Of a stretch of 64,000 nt of DNA, positions 51,719 to 64,000 are shown piece after piece. The notes beneath the pieces are model-generated. The model searched no databases. It saw nothing but the letters and a program-made list of their open reading frames with translations, and was not told where the DNA came from. The DNA comes from Chrysomallon squamiferum. Taxonomy: Eukaryota > Animalia > Mollusca. The stretch is from NCBI GenBank assembly GCA_012295275.1, contig CM022665.1:33170001-33234000 (forward strand), written 5' to 3'. Each line of letters opens with the position of its first letter. Position 1 is the stretch's first letter. The translations under genes were made by a program, and so were the position numbers.

Positions 51719-51835
51719 CTTATTATCAGTTATGGTCCATGAAGAATCAGGATTTCTTTTGAGAGTACAGTGACATCTTGAAATCATAGCAGATAACAAA
51801 CAATGTGTAACTTCTGGTGAACGACCAATTGTTAC
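51719..51835 (-). CDS. RNF8: RNF8 exon 2 (FHA core)
   Basis: VTIGRSPEVTHCLLSAMISRCHCTLKRNPDSSWTITDNK, with the FHA GR and SRxH motifs. Confidence 0.92.
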
Positions 51836-52810
51836 CTGAAAAATAAAATAACAATATTTATAATTCATTCAGTAATAACTGTGAACAATGGATAACTTCT
51901 TTATTCAGATTTTCTTTTTTCTATTTTTTTCTCCAATCATTATTATTTTAAATTAAGGGCAAATTTACATTGATCTCATGAGATACTAAAATAGACTGCA
52001 CATTTACTGTAGGCCTGTTTGTCACAAGAAAGTAGTACACAATGCAATTATTTGGACAATATGGACTCCCAGTTCTGAAATAATTAAATTATTGTATGAT
52101 GCATCTGTGGTACAAGACTTTGGTAATTTTACAGCTTAGTTATGCCACCTTGTTGGCAAAGGTTTTACTCAAAAAGAAATTATGATTTTTATTGTTTATT
52201 GCCAATGCAGATATAAAAAGTCATAGAAAACTGAATAAATACACTTTAGCTTGTCACACTTGTCAAATTAAACAATTTTGTTCTTTCTTGGTATCTCTGA
52301 CAACATTTTTTTTTTTTTTTTAAATTGGAGATTTGTCATGCAAAATTTGTTTTATTCAGTTTAAGATGATCTTTTTATACCTCTATTAGCATTTAAAATA
52401 AATGATAAAAAAGAAAATCTGTAGTAAAATACAGATTAGAACTGTTAGATATAAGATGCAACTGCAAGATTACCAAAGATTTGTCTGTTGTCATTACGAT
52501 TATCATATTTATTATTTTCATATAACTGTATTATAATTATGTGTATAATAATAATGTATTATATAAAATATATTAAAACAATATTCGACTGTTACTGTAT
52601 GGTTAGCTTACAAACTTAAAATTAGTCTTCCAAAGATGATGTATAAAATGATATAATTATTTTAACTGTCACTTTTTAATGCATAGACAGATACTCAATT
52701 ATTAATTTATATCATAATTCATGACGAATCTCAACGAGTCATTCTCAAAAATTACGACAAAATGATCTTATTCGATTTAAGTGGGTTTAACTGTTCCTTT
52801 TAGAAACTAC

Positions 52811-52894
52811 CTGCTCTTTTTCCAAAAAAAGATGACGATATTTTTTCACATGTTCACCAATTCGTTGTAAACAAGGTAAATATTCAGTAGCCAT
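52811..52894 (-). CDS. RNF8: RNF8 exon 1; full protein 552 aa
   Basis: MATEYLPCLQRIGEHVKKYRHLFLEKEQ, GTAGTT donor; lies in a CpG-rich patch. Confidence 0.85.
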
Positions 52895-52899
52895 TGAAT

Positions 52900-53130
52900 A
52901 TAAATATTTGCACGATATATTACATACTAAACATAAAGTGAAACACTCTTCCGCTAAAGCGAAGCAAGCTAACATTTATAACTTTCACGTCAAAGAGTTA
53001 TTGTTTGGTTAACCGAACGAGTCATCATGGGAGATAACTCTGTAACACAATACAGTATTTGCTAATGTTTTTACCCCCTTTCAGGTCGAGCATCTACCAC
53101 GAGCAGTATCTTTTAATTAACCCCACGCCA
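52900..53130. promoter_or_regulatory. RNF8 promoter region
   Basis: CpG cluster; cacgtca at 52986 and GGGAGATAACTC at 53029-53040. Confidence 0.5.
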
Positions 53131-53149
53131 CTTGTCTTGCAAAAGTTAT

Positions 53150-53520
53150 TTTGTTTTGCTAAAAATGTATTTACTTTTTCACTTTGCTTATTTCATTTAG
53201 TTCTTTAGCAAAATACAACTTATCAACGTACCAACAGAATAATGCTTTTTCATCGAAAAATATTTTCGAAGATTATGAAATTTAGACGTTATTTTGGCCA
53301 AGACTAGACAATCTCCAGACATCAATCCTGTAGAGAATTTGTGGTAAATATTCAAGTCCAAACGGACTTTAATGTCAGAAATCAACATTTTTTATTTATA
53401 GCACTTAAGCAAGAATGGAACAAATTGAAACTAATTTCTGAAGCTTTTTGACAGCATCATTAATACAATCAAACATTTTATTGATACTTGTAGAAAAAAT
53501 AATTATTTAACTTTAGTTGT
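53150..53520 (+). mobile_element. Tc1-like C-terminal fragment
   Basis: QSPDINPVENLW at about 53309-53345, then KQEWNKL. Confidence 0.6.
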
Positions 53521-56389
53521 CAGTAAACATTGTTTTCATACAAGTTTAAATTCAATAAATTATTTTATTTCTACAAAAATGCATAATTGTTGAAAATATA
53601 ATCTTTTGCAGGTGATGTTATATCACAATTTGTCATTCAGGTATCAAATTGTTCTGAAATGTGCACAATTTGTCATCCGTTCCTCACCAACATAATGCAT
53701 TTTCTGGGTCAGCATATCTGTATGAACCCTTCTATCTCCACATTATTTCTTTGTCTGAAAGGTGCTGATTTCACATTACATAGTCTTTTTGATAGTTCCA
53801 TATAAATTATTAAACACTGAGACCATATTTGTAGGATGAACATAGACATGCACATGCATGATAATTATAAATTAAGGAGCCATAAAAACATTTCCTGATT
53901 TGAGGATTACATTGCAATTTGTCACCCAAGAAAGATGACAAATCATGCAGGTTTAGTTTTAGGTCTGTTTTTTTTTTATATCTGTTTACAGCTATATTGA
54001 TTCTTTTTAAAGATCTTTAACCAAATGTTAATGTACATTTAACTTACTTAAAACTTTTTTCTTTTTTTTTAGTTTAAAGAAAAAGAAAAAAGAAAAAATG
54101 TTCTACTTAGTGCATTCAGTAATGTATTTAATTACATTTATAGTGTTGTTTAGAATAAAATTTTCATGGTGAAACCTTTGGGTTCTTCCCCATCCCATCC
54201 ACTTCCAGTGACTGGTCAAATGAATTTTAGGTTTCCACTCAAATTACTAACATTTATATGATAATAAATAACTGATAAATATCTGACCTCCTTTTTTAAT
54301 AAAAGTATTAGAAAGATTTTGAAATAAACAGCAGTTACATAATATGTAATGATATATTAAGATATGTGTTATGCATAGGTGAATAGACAGAAATGGAATA
54401 TCTGTTTTGATATTGGGTGTCTTAGCTTGCCTGATGAGCTTGATTTGCATGATCAAACCTCCTTGTTAGATCTGATTACAGCTAGGTTTTTTTTATGTCT
54501 GAACCAGTTCTACACCAAATACTAAAAGCCATATTCTCTCTTTCTCTCTCTCATCCAAGTCCCCTTGAAACTGGACACCCAATAAATAAGAATTTTTATT
54601 ATATCACAATTTGTCATCTAAGCTAAACTGAAATTAGGTCCACCATGGAGCTTTGATTATGTGAACCAAGCACAATATGAAAGTTAAATCCCATCTCAGT
54701 GCATCAGATATGGCCTATTGACCATGCACAATTATACTTTAATATATTATTGCACAATGTGAACATTTTAATTATAAAAAAGTGAAAATAACAAGACAAA
54801 AATCTGTTTTAAACCATTTATTTTGGAATAATTTCACATAAAAATTAATATAGTTTAAATAGTTGCATTTACTGATTTTATAGAAAGGTTCTTTTCTTGT
54901 TCTGATATTTATTAATAATCACCATATTAGATGTGCTCTTTTTGAAAATGAAAGAAAGACTATTTTTGAACATTTTAGCAATGATAAATAATATTTAATA
55001 AATGAAATATAAAACTGAATATAATTCTCCCATTTCTGTAAAGGTATCAGTCAAGTTATAACTTTGTATTGATGTGGAAAATGTTGCATTATAAATATAT
55101 ATTTTATTAATAAAACAATATCTTCCATGACGATGGATTGGGTTTGTTTTGTTGTTATTTTTCAGTGGGAGTATAAAATAATGTTAAATATTATTATCAC
55201 ATGTATTTTTTTGTTAGGTTATTTGTTTTTCAAAGAAAGTTACTATGTTTTGGTTTCATTGTCAGCATTTCAATTTTTTTTGTTTTAAACATGCCTTTCA
55301 TGAGTTTAAATATAATACATGAGACAATAACTGGTCATCACTCAACACTATATGAAAGCAGCATACAGTTAACCTATGTAAAATCACTATAACTGTAGTT
55401 ATTTTTGTTATTTACAGTCAGGATGATCATTTCTCTGTCACTACAACTCACGCTGAACATAGACATTTTTTTACAGAGAATGCAAATTATATTGGAACTA
55501 AATTCTGAAGTAACCTTCAACGAACGCTTCTCACACCCTGGAAAATCACACTTACATCAAACATATTGTTCTGAATGTTATTAATAAGGTCATCATCTTG
55601 GATTCTTAATGATCTTCAAACTATCTTTTACATAGAAGACACAATTTCAGTGTGAAATGTACAATATTTATAAGGATTAAAATCATAACATTTTTATTAT
55701 TAATTCAATTGTTATCATTCCTTTGATAATTTCCAGAAAGTACACAGCATCCATACCACATAAATTTTAACATTAATAAACCGGTATAGTGTCCAAAATT
55801 GTTATAAAAAAGAAACAACCAATAAGAACATTGCCCAAAATGAAACCAGAAAAAATAATTCCTGCAACACGCATTACAATCAGAAAACATCGTCTATTAA
55901 TGATTTAGTAGCAAAAATATATAATGTATTGTGGAATTAACTTTGATATTAAAATATGCATCTAATTATAAACATTAACAACAGTAAGAAAATAATGATG
56001 GGCATTTCTATGATAAATATGGGAGAATGTTTGGTTATTATGATACAATATAACAAAATTCCAGAAAAACAATAAATCCAATGAAATAAATTCTGGGTAC
56101 TTTTACATGCACAATGTACAATTATGCCACTGATTCTAATTAGCTAACTCCTCAGATCTGTTTATTTCAACAAATTTGGTTTAGCTGTTGTATCTATATC
56201 ATAACACCTTAGTGTTAAATAATGGTTTGCTCCATTTTCTACCTTGGATTGATAGGCTCATCTGAACAAGAAATTGAAATTTGCAAAAAATAATACATGT
56301 CAGTATGAAATTCCCAGCTGGAATCTGATTCATGTGATGATAATTTTTTAACTTATGCAGCTGACTTTGTTTATTATTATTTTTTATGA

Positions 56390-57480
56390 ACTGGTTTCAT
56401 AAGCAGGACTTAATTGATTATGTTACCATGATCAAACACCAAGGGATACATATACATACATATACATATATTCGTACATATAAGTATGCTTGCATGCATA
56501 CATAGATGCATGAGTACGTTCATACAGATGTACCTATTGTTAATATGCATATCATAGTTAAAATATAGTTAAAATAGAATGATATCATTCTGTCAATTCA
56601 AACATGTGTGTGTGTGTGTTTTGGTTTACATTTGTTTTGATTGACCATTTAATTATGAACTGTCAACATCTGTTAAATATGATCGCTACAGGTTATATTT
56701 GTAAAAAAAAGGCACCTGGAAGAAATGGCACTATGCATTCTTGGAAAAAATGGCACCTGAAAAGAAAATGTTATTGTTTACTGACATTTAATTATAGGTG
56801 AAATCCTTACATTATAAAAACATTTCATAATTGCACATAAAAAACCAGTGCATGAAAAACATTTGACATAATGATTTAATGTCAGTAATAATATAATCTG
56901 CAGCTAATATCATATTTAACAATTGGTGATAGTTCATAATATCAGTCCGAACAAATGTAAACCAATAATAACCCCCAAATATACATATATGTGTCTTATG
57001 CTATGTTTGAACTGACAGAATGATGTCATTCTGAAGGATATTTTAACTATGTGTATTAAGATTAGGTACATCTGTATAAACGTACTTGTGCATCTATGTA
57101 TAAGGTGTTGGTCACAACAGAGGTGGAAACCTCTGATATAGTACTGAACTTTGTTAAGCAAAACACTGTGGCTGAGTGATCCTATGCACTGAGTCATGCT
57201 ATGTATATTGTATTTTTAAATGTGATAATGATGTGCATATGTGTAAGATTAAACTGATGTAACACTGTATTTTGTTAAGCAAAACCAAGTGGCTGAGTGA
57301 TGCTATATATAAATATACATGTATGTAACAATATTGCATGAATAAACTGTATTTTCAAAATTACTTTTAAGTTGTTGTTTTTTTAAGAAAAAATAAATAA
57401 GGGCCATTTTTTCCAAATTTGCATAGTGCCATTTCTTCTGGGTGACATTTTTTTCCAGTTCCATAATTTCCTACACCCCA
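56390..57480 (-). mobile_element. Long-TIR family copies: a forward fragment at 56390-56670 abutting an inverted near-complete copy at 56690-57480
   Basis: aaaaaaggcacctggaagaaatggcactatgca and tgcatagtgccatttcttctggg...cctacacccc form inverted ends. Internal blocks are the reverse complement of 12895-13160 and 13560-13950. Confidence 0.65.
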
Positions 57481-58889
57481 TGTAGATACATTACAGAAAG
57501 CATAGATCAAAATAAATACCAAGTTCATGTATTTAAAAAAAAATGAACCTGGTGGAATGTAATCAGAAGAACAATCATTCTTTTTTTCCCCTCTGTGACA
57601 ATCTGTATCTTTAAATTCTAATGTTTTTATCAGGAAGGAGCTGATAAAATATTCCTGTTTCATCTGCATCATATTTACAAAGAATCATGCCATTGAAACA
57701 TATTTGTGGGTTGAGTCATCAGCCCATTCATTCTTCACCACAAATCTTTCTAAATGCTATTTGACCCCTTTCTTTAAATTTATCCAGCCATCCAGATTAA
57801 AAGAAAAAGAACAACAATCTTAAAATATTTTGTTATATTTGTTTTTATCTGTTAGGCTGAATAACTCAGTTTGATTGTTTTTTTATAATTAATTTATAGG
57901 AGGGCAGCTGAACATGTCCTGACCTTTTGACTGGAGAGTTAAAAGGTTAACACGTTTATTTATTTATTTATTTTGGTCCACAGTGTTTGTCTTTTATATA
58001 AAACAAGCATATACCAAATACATTTGGTATGGTAATAATAATAACAGCTTTCGATTTGTAAAAAAATACATGATTTATACAATGCAAAAAACCCAACAGT
58101 TAATATGATTAAAGTAGTATTAAAATAATAAGCTTGACAGCAATTGACTGAGATGTATAACATTTGTTAAATAGGGATTAACATTTATTTATTTATTTTA
58201 ATTTTTACCTTTGATATTTAAAAAAATAATATTACACATTACAATTAAAGTTTGTGTTGTTCCATATAGGAAAAGAGTAGTACAAAGATGCATTTAATAC
58301 TTTTTAAATGTATCTGTCCCCATCCACATACAGTAATAATAATACAGCTTTGTAAAGTACCTCACTTGAATAAGAATGAGAATCTAATCCAGCTGTTTTA
58401 AATTTATTTCCAAGAAGGAAAACATATTATTTAACTTGTTTTTGTTTTTTTAACTTTTTTATTTATTTTTTAAATGTTACTCTTTATTTATTTATTTATT
58501 TTTAAAATATATCTCTCTTTTAAATAGTAACTTTTTATAAGCTGACTGTTCTTTATGTATGTTTTTTAATTTATGCTCACACTGTTTTTATCTGGAGCTA
58601 TCAATCTGACAAGTCACCATGCCTGAATGCAGACTGATCTAAGACTGATCCGTGCCTTAGATGACAGCCACTGTGTAGTCAGTCTTTTTCTATCCAGCAT
58701 TTAGCCTAAGAACCTCTATCACAGTGCATAATATTTTTGAAATGGCTGGCATAGGAATGATTTTGATTTTGATTTAATCTTCATATTCTTTTTATAGAGA
58801 TGACCTAAATTTTGAGGAACGTTTTAACTGTAAAGATCCTAACATTTTTTTTAGTTATTATATTTGCTGATAAAACTGAATGTATATAT

Positions 58890-58920
<31 letters not shown>

Positions 58921-59687
58921 AATTGAAATACAAATTTTTGATATGATGCCAGGGTTTGGTCTTCTATTACAGTTACATTTTTACCATTAGAATTAACACA
59001 CTTCAGATAAAAGAGATACTAGATCACACTCTGTTTTATGTAGTGCTACGTCTGTTATGTGTTGCATAATAAAAGAAAAAAGAAAGAAAAATAATAGAAG
59101 TTAATTATTCACAGTTATACATCTGTGGGATTTGTTTTCATTCATAATCCTCTTTTTTATTTAACAGGTGAAGAATAATATCTCATATGAAATGGAAGCT
59201 TTGCTGTTTATAGATGTGACAAAAATACTACAAGGATGACTTTATAACAATTTTTAATTTCTAATACTTATGCAAAGACTAAATAATAATAATAATAATG
59301 ATGATAAGAGATCAATAAAAATCATCAATTCAAAAAAATGAAAATAAATATGTTTGTGTTTAAAATATTCAGAATTTATTCTTGTAAATTTTTTTTATAA
59401 ATTTGACTTCTAGAGTGTGAAATTAAATTTCTTTTATTAATAATTTCTTAATATTTCAGAATCACTGTAAAATCGTCACATGGAATCTGAGCTTTGGAAA
59501 GATAAAAAATAGCAACTGAGGATTAAGTGGAGAGGATTTCATTTCTGGAACAACCTCTACAGAAAAAGAATAACAAAATATGACATTTGAAATAAAGTTT
59601 TTACAGAAGTTAAGTAATGGTGCATTTATAACTTATTTTAAGAAAAATGAATAAAGAAAAGGAAAGAAATTAAGAAACATTTTGTAT

Positions 59688-59718
<31 letters not shown>

Positions 59719-59879
59719 AAGCCTGGTTGAAAACATAGAATCATAGATGATTTTTATTTTTCACAGAATTACCAAACTGTAAATTTTCAGGACGATAGTG
59801 TCTGCTGTAGAAGCCTTGAGAAGACAAGAGATTCCATTTGTATACTAGTTTTAAGTCAACAAGAGTAGTAGGTTTATAG

Positions 59880-60765
59880 AACAATTCACAAAACACCAAA
59901 CAAAGTACTTACTTTATATACACTAGACAAACACATAATGCAAAACATATACCATGCACATCAAAAACAACAAACAAATGACCAACCAAACAAATACCAT
60001 ATACAATATGCCATACATGATACAGGTCACAGCACACAACATACTTTATGAAGAAAAATACAAAACAAACAAAACATACAATACTGATGACAACAAACTA
60101 AATTTACACAAAACGATCACACACAAAACACAAAACAAAATATAGCATATGACATACATCAGACAAAGCGAACAGAAGACAGACATTCCCTGGTAAAAAC
60201 AAAAGATAAAATAAACTATATATTACACAGAGAAAACCTTACAGAATACATTATTCAGGATTCATCTCAAAATATCAACAAAAAAAAAGAAGACATACTT
60301 GCCACACCAGAGAAAAAACCCCACAATAATACAAGACAAACTACAAACATCATAAAGGATATGGCAGATGGAACACAAGACCTATAGCAAATCAGACATC
60401 TAATGGGCACCATATAACAAAAAATAACAAAAACAAAGATGTACCACACCACACCTGACACAATACTGAAAGTCTATACTCAGCAAACATAACAGACAGC
60501 ACAACAAAACAAACCACACATACATCACAGTGAGCACATTATACATGACATAATATATATGACACACAAACATTATAAACCCATAAAAGTAAAAACAATG
60601 AAGAGTACATGAGACATCACACAAAACACATAAATACACCACACACTGGACAGACACAAAACACACACACAACAACTCATACACAAGACATACAGTAACT
60701 ATACCAGATACATTAGCACACCACAAACTTCACTAGACATAATACAGGATAGCCACTACACTGTG
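59880..60765. repeat. Strongly strand-skewed C/A-rich low-complexity element
   Basis: About 890 bp dominated by A and C; compositional mirror of the TG-rich block at 43 kb. Confidence 0.7.
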
Positions 60766-60769
60766 CAAG

Positions 60770-60988
60770 AATATCAAAGAATGAAGAGAGAAAAAGATAC
60801 AATGAGTTTGATTTTAAATCAGAAAAATCATATCATTACTTTAACTGTAGTTATGATATAAAGTAATTTTGAAAGATTTAAACAATAACTCTATAACTGT
60901 TTTCTTCATGTCACATAAATGGTAAACAGAAATGCCTGAACATTTTGAGAAGAAAAGAAAAATGATAAAATATATTTATTTATTTGAC

Positions 60989-61052
<64 letters not shown>

Positions 61053-61800
61053 ATGAATGAATGAATGAATGAATGAATTAATTTTGCATATATTTTCAAC
61101 TTTTTTATGTAAGTTACTGGCATTTCTTGGTTTCTTTTCACAGGATGACATGAGGAAATGAAGACAGAAAAACACAGATACAGTGGCTAGGATACAAAAA
61201 AGGAATGGTTTTTCATTTTTCTTTGAGCTGACAACATTTGGGTTGGACTGTTTGTAATTTAACGTAGTTATCAGACTCTTAATACTGACATCTAAAAATG
61301 CATTTTCTGCTTTATAATTCATAGGCTAAGAAGACAAAAGAATCAAGATAGAAGAAGACCCACTGAGTTCGATTTCAAACCAGAAAACAAATCTATTACT
61401 TTAACTGTAATTATGAAATAAAATGAATTTTATATCGTATCTCAAAATAATTTTGAAAGATTTAAATAATTACTTCTTAAATTTATAACCTTTTTTTATT
61501 CATATCACCTAAACGGAAAATAAAAACTCCTATACATTTGGAGCAGAAAAAAATTATAAAATCAAATATTTTTTATTTTCTTGAAAGTAATAATAATAAT
61601 AAATTAATTAATTTTGTGCTTGTTTTCAGTTTGTTTTCACAGGATGACAAGAGGAAGATGAAGACAGATGAAGCAGTGTTCAGGGCACAAAAAAGGAAAG
61701 TATTTTTCATTTTTCTTTGAGCTGCCAGCATTTGACTGGAGTGTACACATTTTAAGTAGTCATCAGACTCTTTACACTGATGCCTACACACGCATGTTAC
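60770..61800 (+). repeat. Diverged tandem duplication (unit 500-570 bp) with exon-like pieces
   Basis: tgagtt(t/c)gattt(t/c)aaa, attactttaactgta, ttttcacaggatgaca and tttttcatttttctttgagctg each occur twice. Confidence 0.75.
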
Positions 61801-62516
61801 TATAATTAAAATAAATAATAACCAAGTATGAGATATTTTTATGATGTATTAAAAACACTGAGATGATTTTGTTTTTCACACCTTCAGTACTGGCTTTATA
61901 ATCCTAACCCTGAAAAGAAAACCATTTTACTGCTTATGATAGTGTCTGTCAGAAATTAAATTCAATTTAAAAAGAAAAAAGAAGAGAACCTCTTTAATTA
62001 GGGTACACATATTGTTAATCATATATTTGTGTGTATGTGTGTGACTAAGTGCTACAGTAATAGCAAATAAACACCATATAATAAATATTTGTTTTTATCA
62101 TTTTTGTAAACTCTCCATTACTGCAGTTATGTTTGCTCTTACTTATATTTCTGCTGCTTACAAGTTGTAATAATACTAAAAATTGCAGTAAATGGTGATG
62201 ATGATAATAATAATAATAATCATAAGTATACTTACATGAATCCATTCCTAAATAAATAGTTAATAAATTATGAAACAAAATTTAATAATATTGTTGACAT
62301 AGACATCAAAAATAAATAAATAAATAATGTGACACACAATAATTAAATGTACTGAGTAAAAGAAAATGCGGTTCACAAAACATGCTGTCAGAAATACATT
62401 TTGTTAGATACTTTTATAAACATAAAAGAGGAAACTATCGCCATTCCAAAGAACTGTTTTTAATTAATAAAAAATTAAATTAAAAATGTTCTCCTCTTTA
62501 TTGACAGATAAATATT

Positions 62517-62563
62517 TTACAGGCTCTGGGAAGGAACATACATGAATTTTCTTATTTTTCTAA
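62517..62563 (-). CDS. Gly/Met-rich protein, terminal exon
   Basis: attattcag acceptor, VRKIRKFMYVPSQSL*, AATAAA about 15 nt downstream. Confidence 0.6.
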
Positions 62564-62879
62564 CTGAATAATATAGAGAGAGGTGTGGTGTCAGCTCACA
62601 TTAATTATTAAAAAAAAAAATAATAATAAAAAAAAAAATAATAATAATAATAAATGTATTATTAACTAATAATGTTTTAAAAATAATATTAAATAAAAAA
62701 ATTAATATATGTGTAATATTGTAATTTTAAAAATATGTTCAATTTGACATTCATCAAATAAAAAATATAATAAATAAATAAATAAAATAAAATAATTTTC
62801 ATTGAGGATTATTTATTCTGATAAAAATTAGTATTAGTTATAAAATTGTGTTTTCACAACTAAATTAAAATAATAGTAC

Positions 62880-63026
62880 CACTAGATGGCCCTGGAACAG
62901 GATCTATTTTATTCCTGGATCCATAATAGCTGAATCCTCCAGCTTTCTTAGACTGACCATATCCTATATTCACACCTCCTGCACCAAATGACCTCAGCTT
63001 CTCCATCAGCATACCTGCAGGTCGAC
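62880..63026 (-). CDS. Gly/Met-rich protein, exon n-1
   Basis: ctaat...ttcctctag acceptor, SRPAGMLMEKLRSFGAGGVNIGYGQSKKAGGFSYYGSRNKIDPVPGPSS, G|GTACTA donor; phase 1-1. Confidence 0.75.
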
Positions 63027-63264
63027 CTAGAGGAACAACATTTGGATTAGTATTTCTACAGTACTGCATTATATTAATTTACTACACTACAGTTACATAA
63101 ATATTATACTTAGTACTAATAATTGTTGTTGTAGTAGGAATGTTATTTTTATCTTCACATTTAATATTTATATTAATATTAAAAATTAAATGTAATTTAA
63201 TTTGCAGTAATTAATCTTACAAATGACTGAACAAATATCATTATTTTGCTTAAGATTTACTTAC

Positions 63265-63354
63265 TTGGGGGGTCAGGTGCATCTGGTCCTATACCAAGCA
63301 TCTGCATCATCATTTTCATCTGCAGCATTTGAGTCATCATTTCACTAGATCTCC
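63265..63354 (-). CDS. Gly/Met-rich protein, exon n-2
   Basis: GRSSEMMTQMLQMKMMMQMLGIGPDAPDPP, GTAAGT donor; phase 1-1. Confidence 0.8.
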
Positions 63355-63517
63355 CTGATTAAAAGGTCATGATTAGTTACAAAGTCTTCAACTCGTGCAA
63401 TGTACAATACATGTTCTTTTCTTGTTTTGGTTTTATTTATTGCTTTGTTTGTTTGTTTATGGCAAAGCCTTCTTCAGCTTTTTTAATCAGATATTTATCT
63501 TCTTCTTCTTCTTCATC

Positions 63518-63533
63518 TTATTATTATTATTAT

Positions 63534-63604
<71 letters not shown>

Positions 63605-63647
63605 TTACTACTACTACTACCACTACTACTACTACTGCTGCTGCTAC
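63518..63647. repeat. Compound (TAT)n(TAC)n(TGC)n microsatellite
   Basis: Direct observation; intronic, and it explains the poly-Tyr and poly-Leu ORFs. Confidence 0.95.
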
Positions 63648-63663
63648 AGTTATCTTAACTTAC

Positions 63664-63795
63664 CCATGCCCCCACTGCCTGCATCACCACCCAACAACTG
63701 TGCCATCTGTGAAACCGACCCACCGATTCCACCTGTACCAAATCCCATTGCTCCAGGCCCAGCATTCTGACCCAGAGTAGGAGTTCTAGATCCTC
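63664..63795 (-). CDS. Gly/Met-rich protein, exon n-3 (5' exons probably beyond the window)
   Basis: GGSRTPTLGQNAGPGAMGFGTGGIGGSVSQMAQLLGGDAGSGGM, GTAAGT donor; phase 1-1. Confidence 0.8.
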
Positions 63796-64000
63796 CTGAA
63801 ATTAACAGTTTAAAAACAAAAGTTAATAATGAGTGGAATTTATTTCAAGTTGTTTATTCTTTTCTGTTGTTCTTAGTTTAAAAATATATTACAGCAGCTA
63901 GGGGCTAGTGAATAATTATCATCTGGTGCTAATGCAAATCTGCTTAGAACTGTCACACAGCAAATAGGGATAAGCTACTCTAAACATTTTAGCATGAGTA

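Noticed and set aside
63369-63770. Poly-Tyr and poly-Leu ORFs on the plus strand
   Set aside because: (TAC)n microsatellite plus the antisense of a real minus-strand exon.
63890-63950. A further upstream exon of the Gly/Met-rich gene
   Set aside because: The only GT donor I found creates a TGA at the junction with the next exon.

Overview
AT-rich, intron-rich eukaryotic (metazoan) DNA, probably molluscan; the taxon is an inference from SINE cores and gene content. Nothing prokaryotic and no CRISPR array is seen. Gene models were assembled by hand from GT-AG sites and phase-consistent frames. (1) TTLL2-like tubulin glutamylase, minus strand, one large coding exon running off the left edge and missed by the ORF track. 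(2) A tentative small minus-strand multi-exon gene at 6.7-12.4 kb. (3) An 8-exon, 336-aa orphan type II membrane protein (15.4-23.3 kb) with cytoplasmic Tyr motifs, a helical neck and a 6-Cys C-terminal domain. (4) A 3-exon, 217-aa N-acylated globin (globin X/neuroglobin-like, 37.5-41.9 kb). (5) A 7-exon, 552-aa RNF8 (FHA, coiled coil, RING; minus strand) with an apparent decayed zinc-knuckle tail. (6) The last four exons of a Gly/Met/Gln-rich low-complexity protein at the right edge. Introns and intergenic DNA hold decayed Tc1, DD41D, Gypsy and LINE pieces, SINEs, piggyBac- and Tigger-type MITEs, a long-TIR repeat family and microsatellites. CpG content is mosaic, and an inverted repeat pair appears to record methylation-driven CpG decay in only one copy. 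All identifications are by eye; no database search was run.
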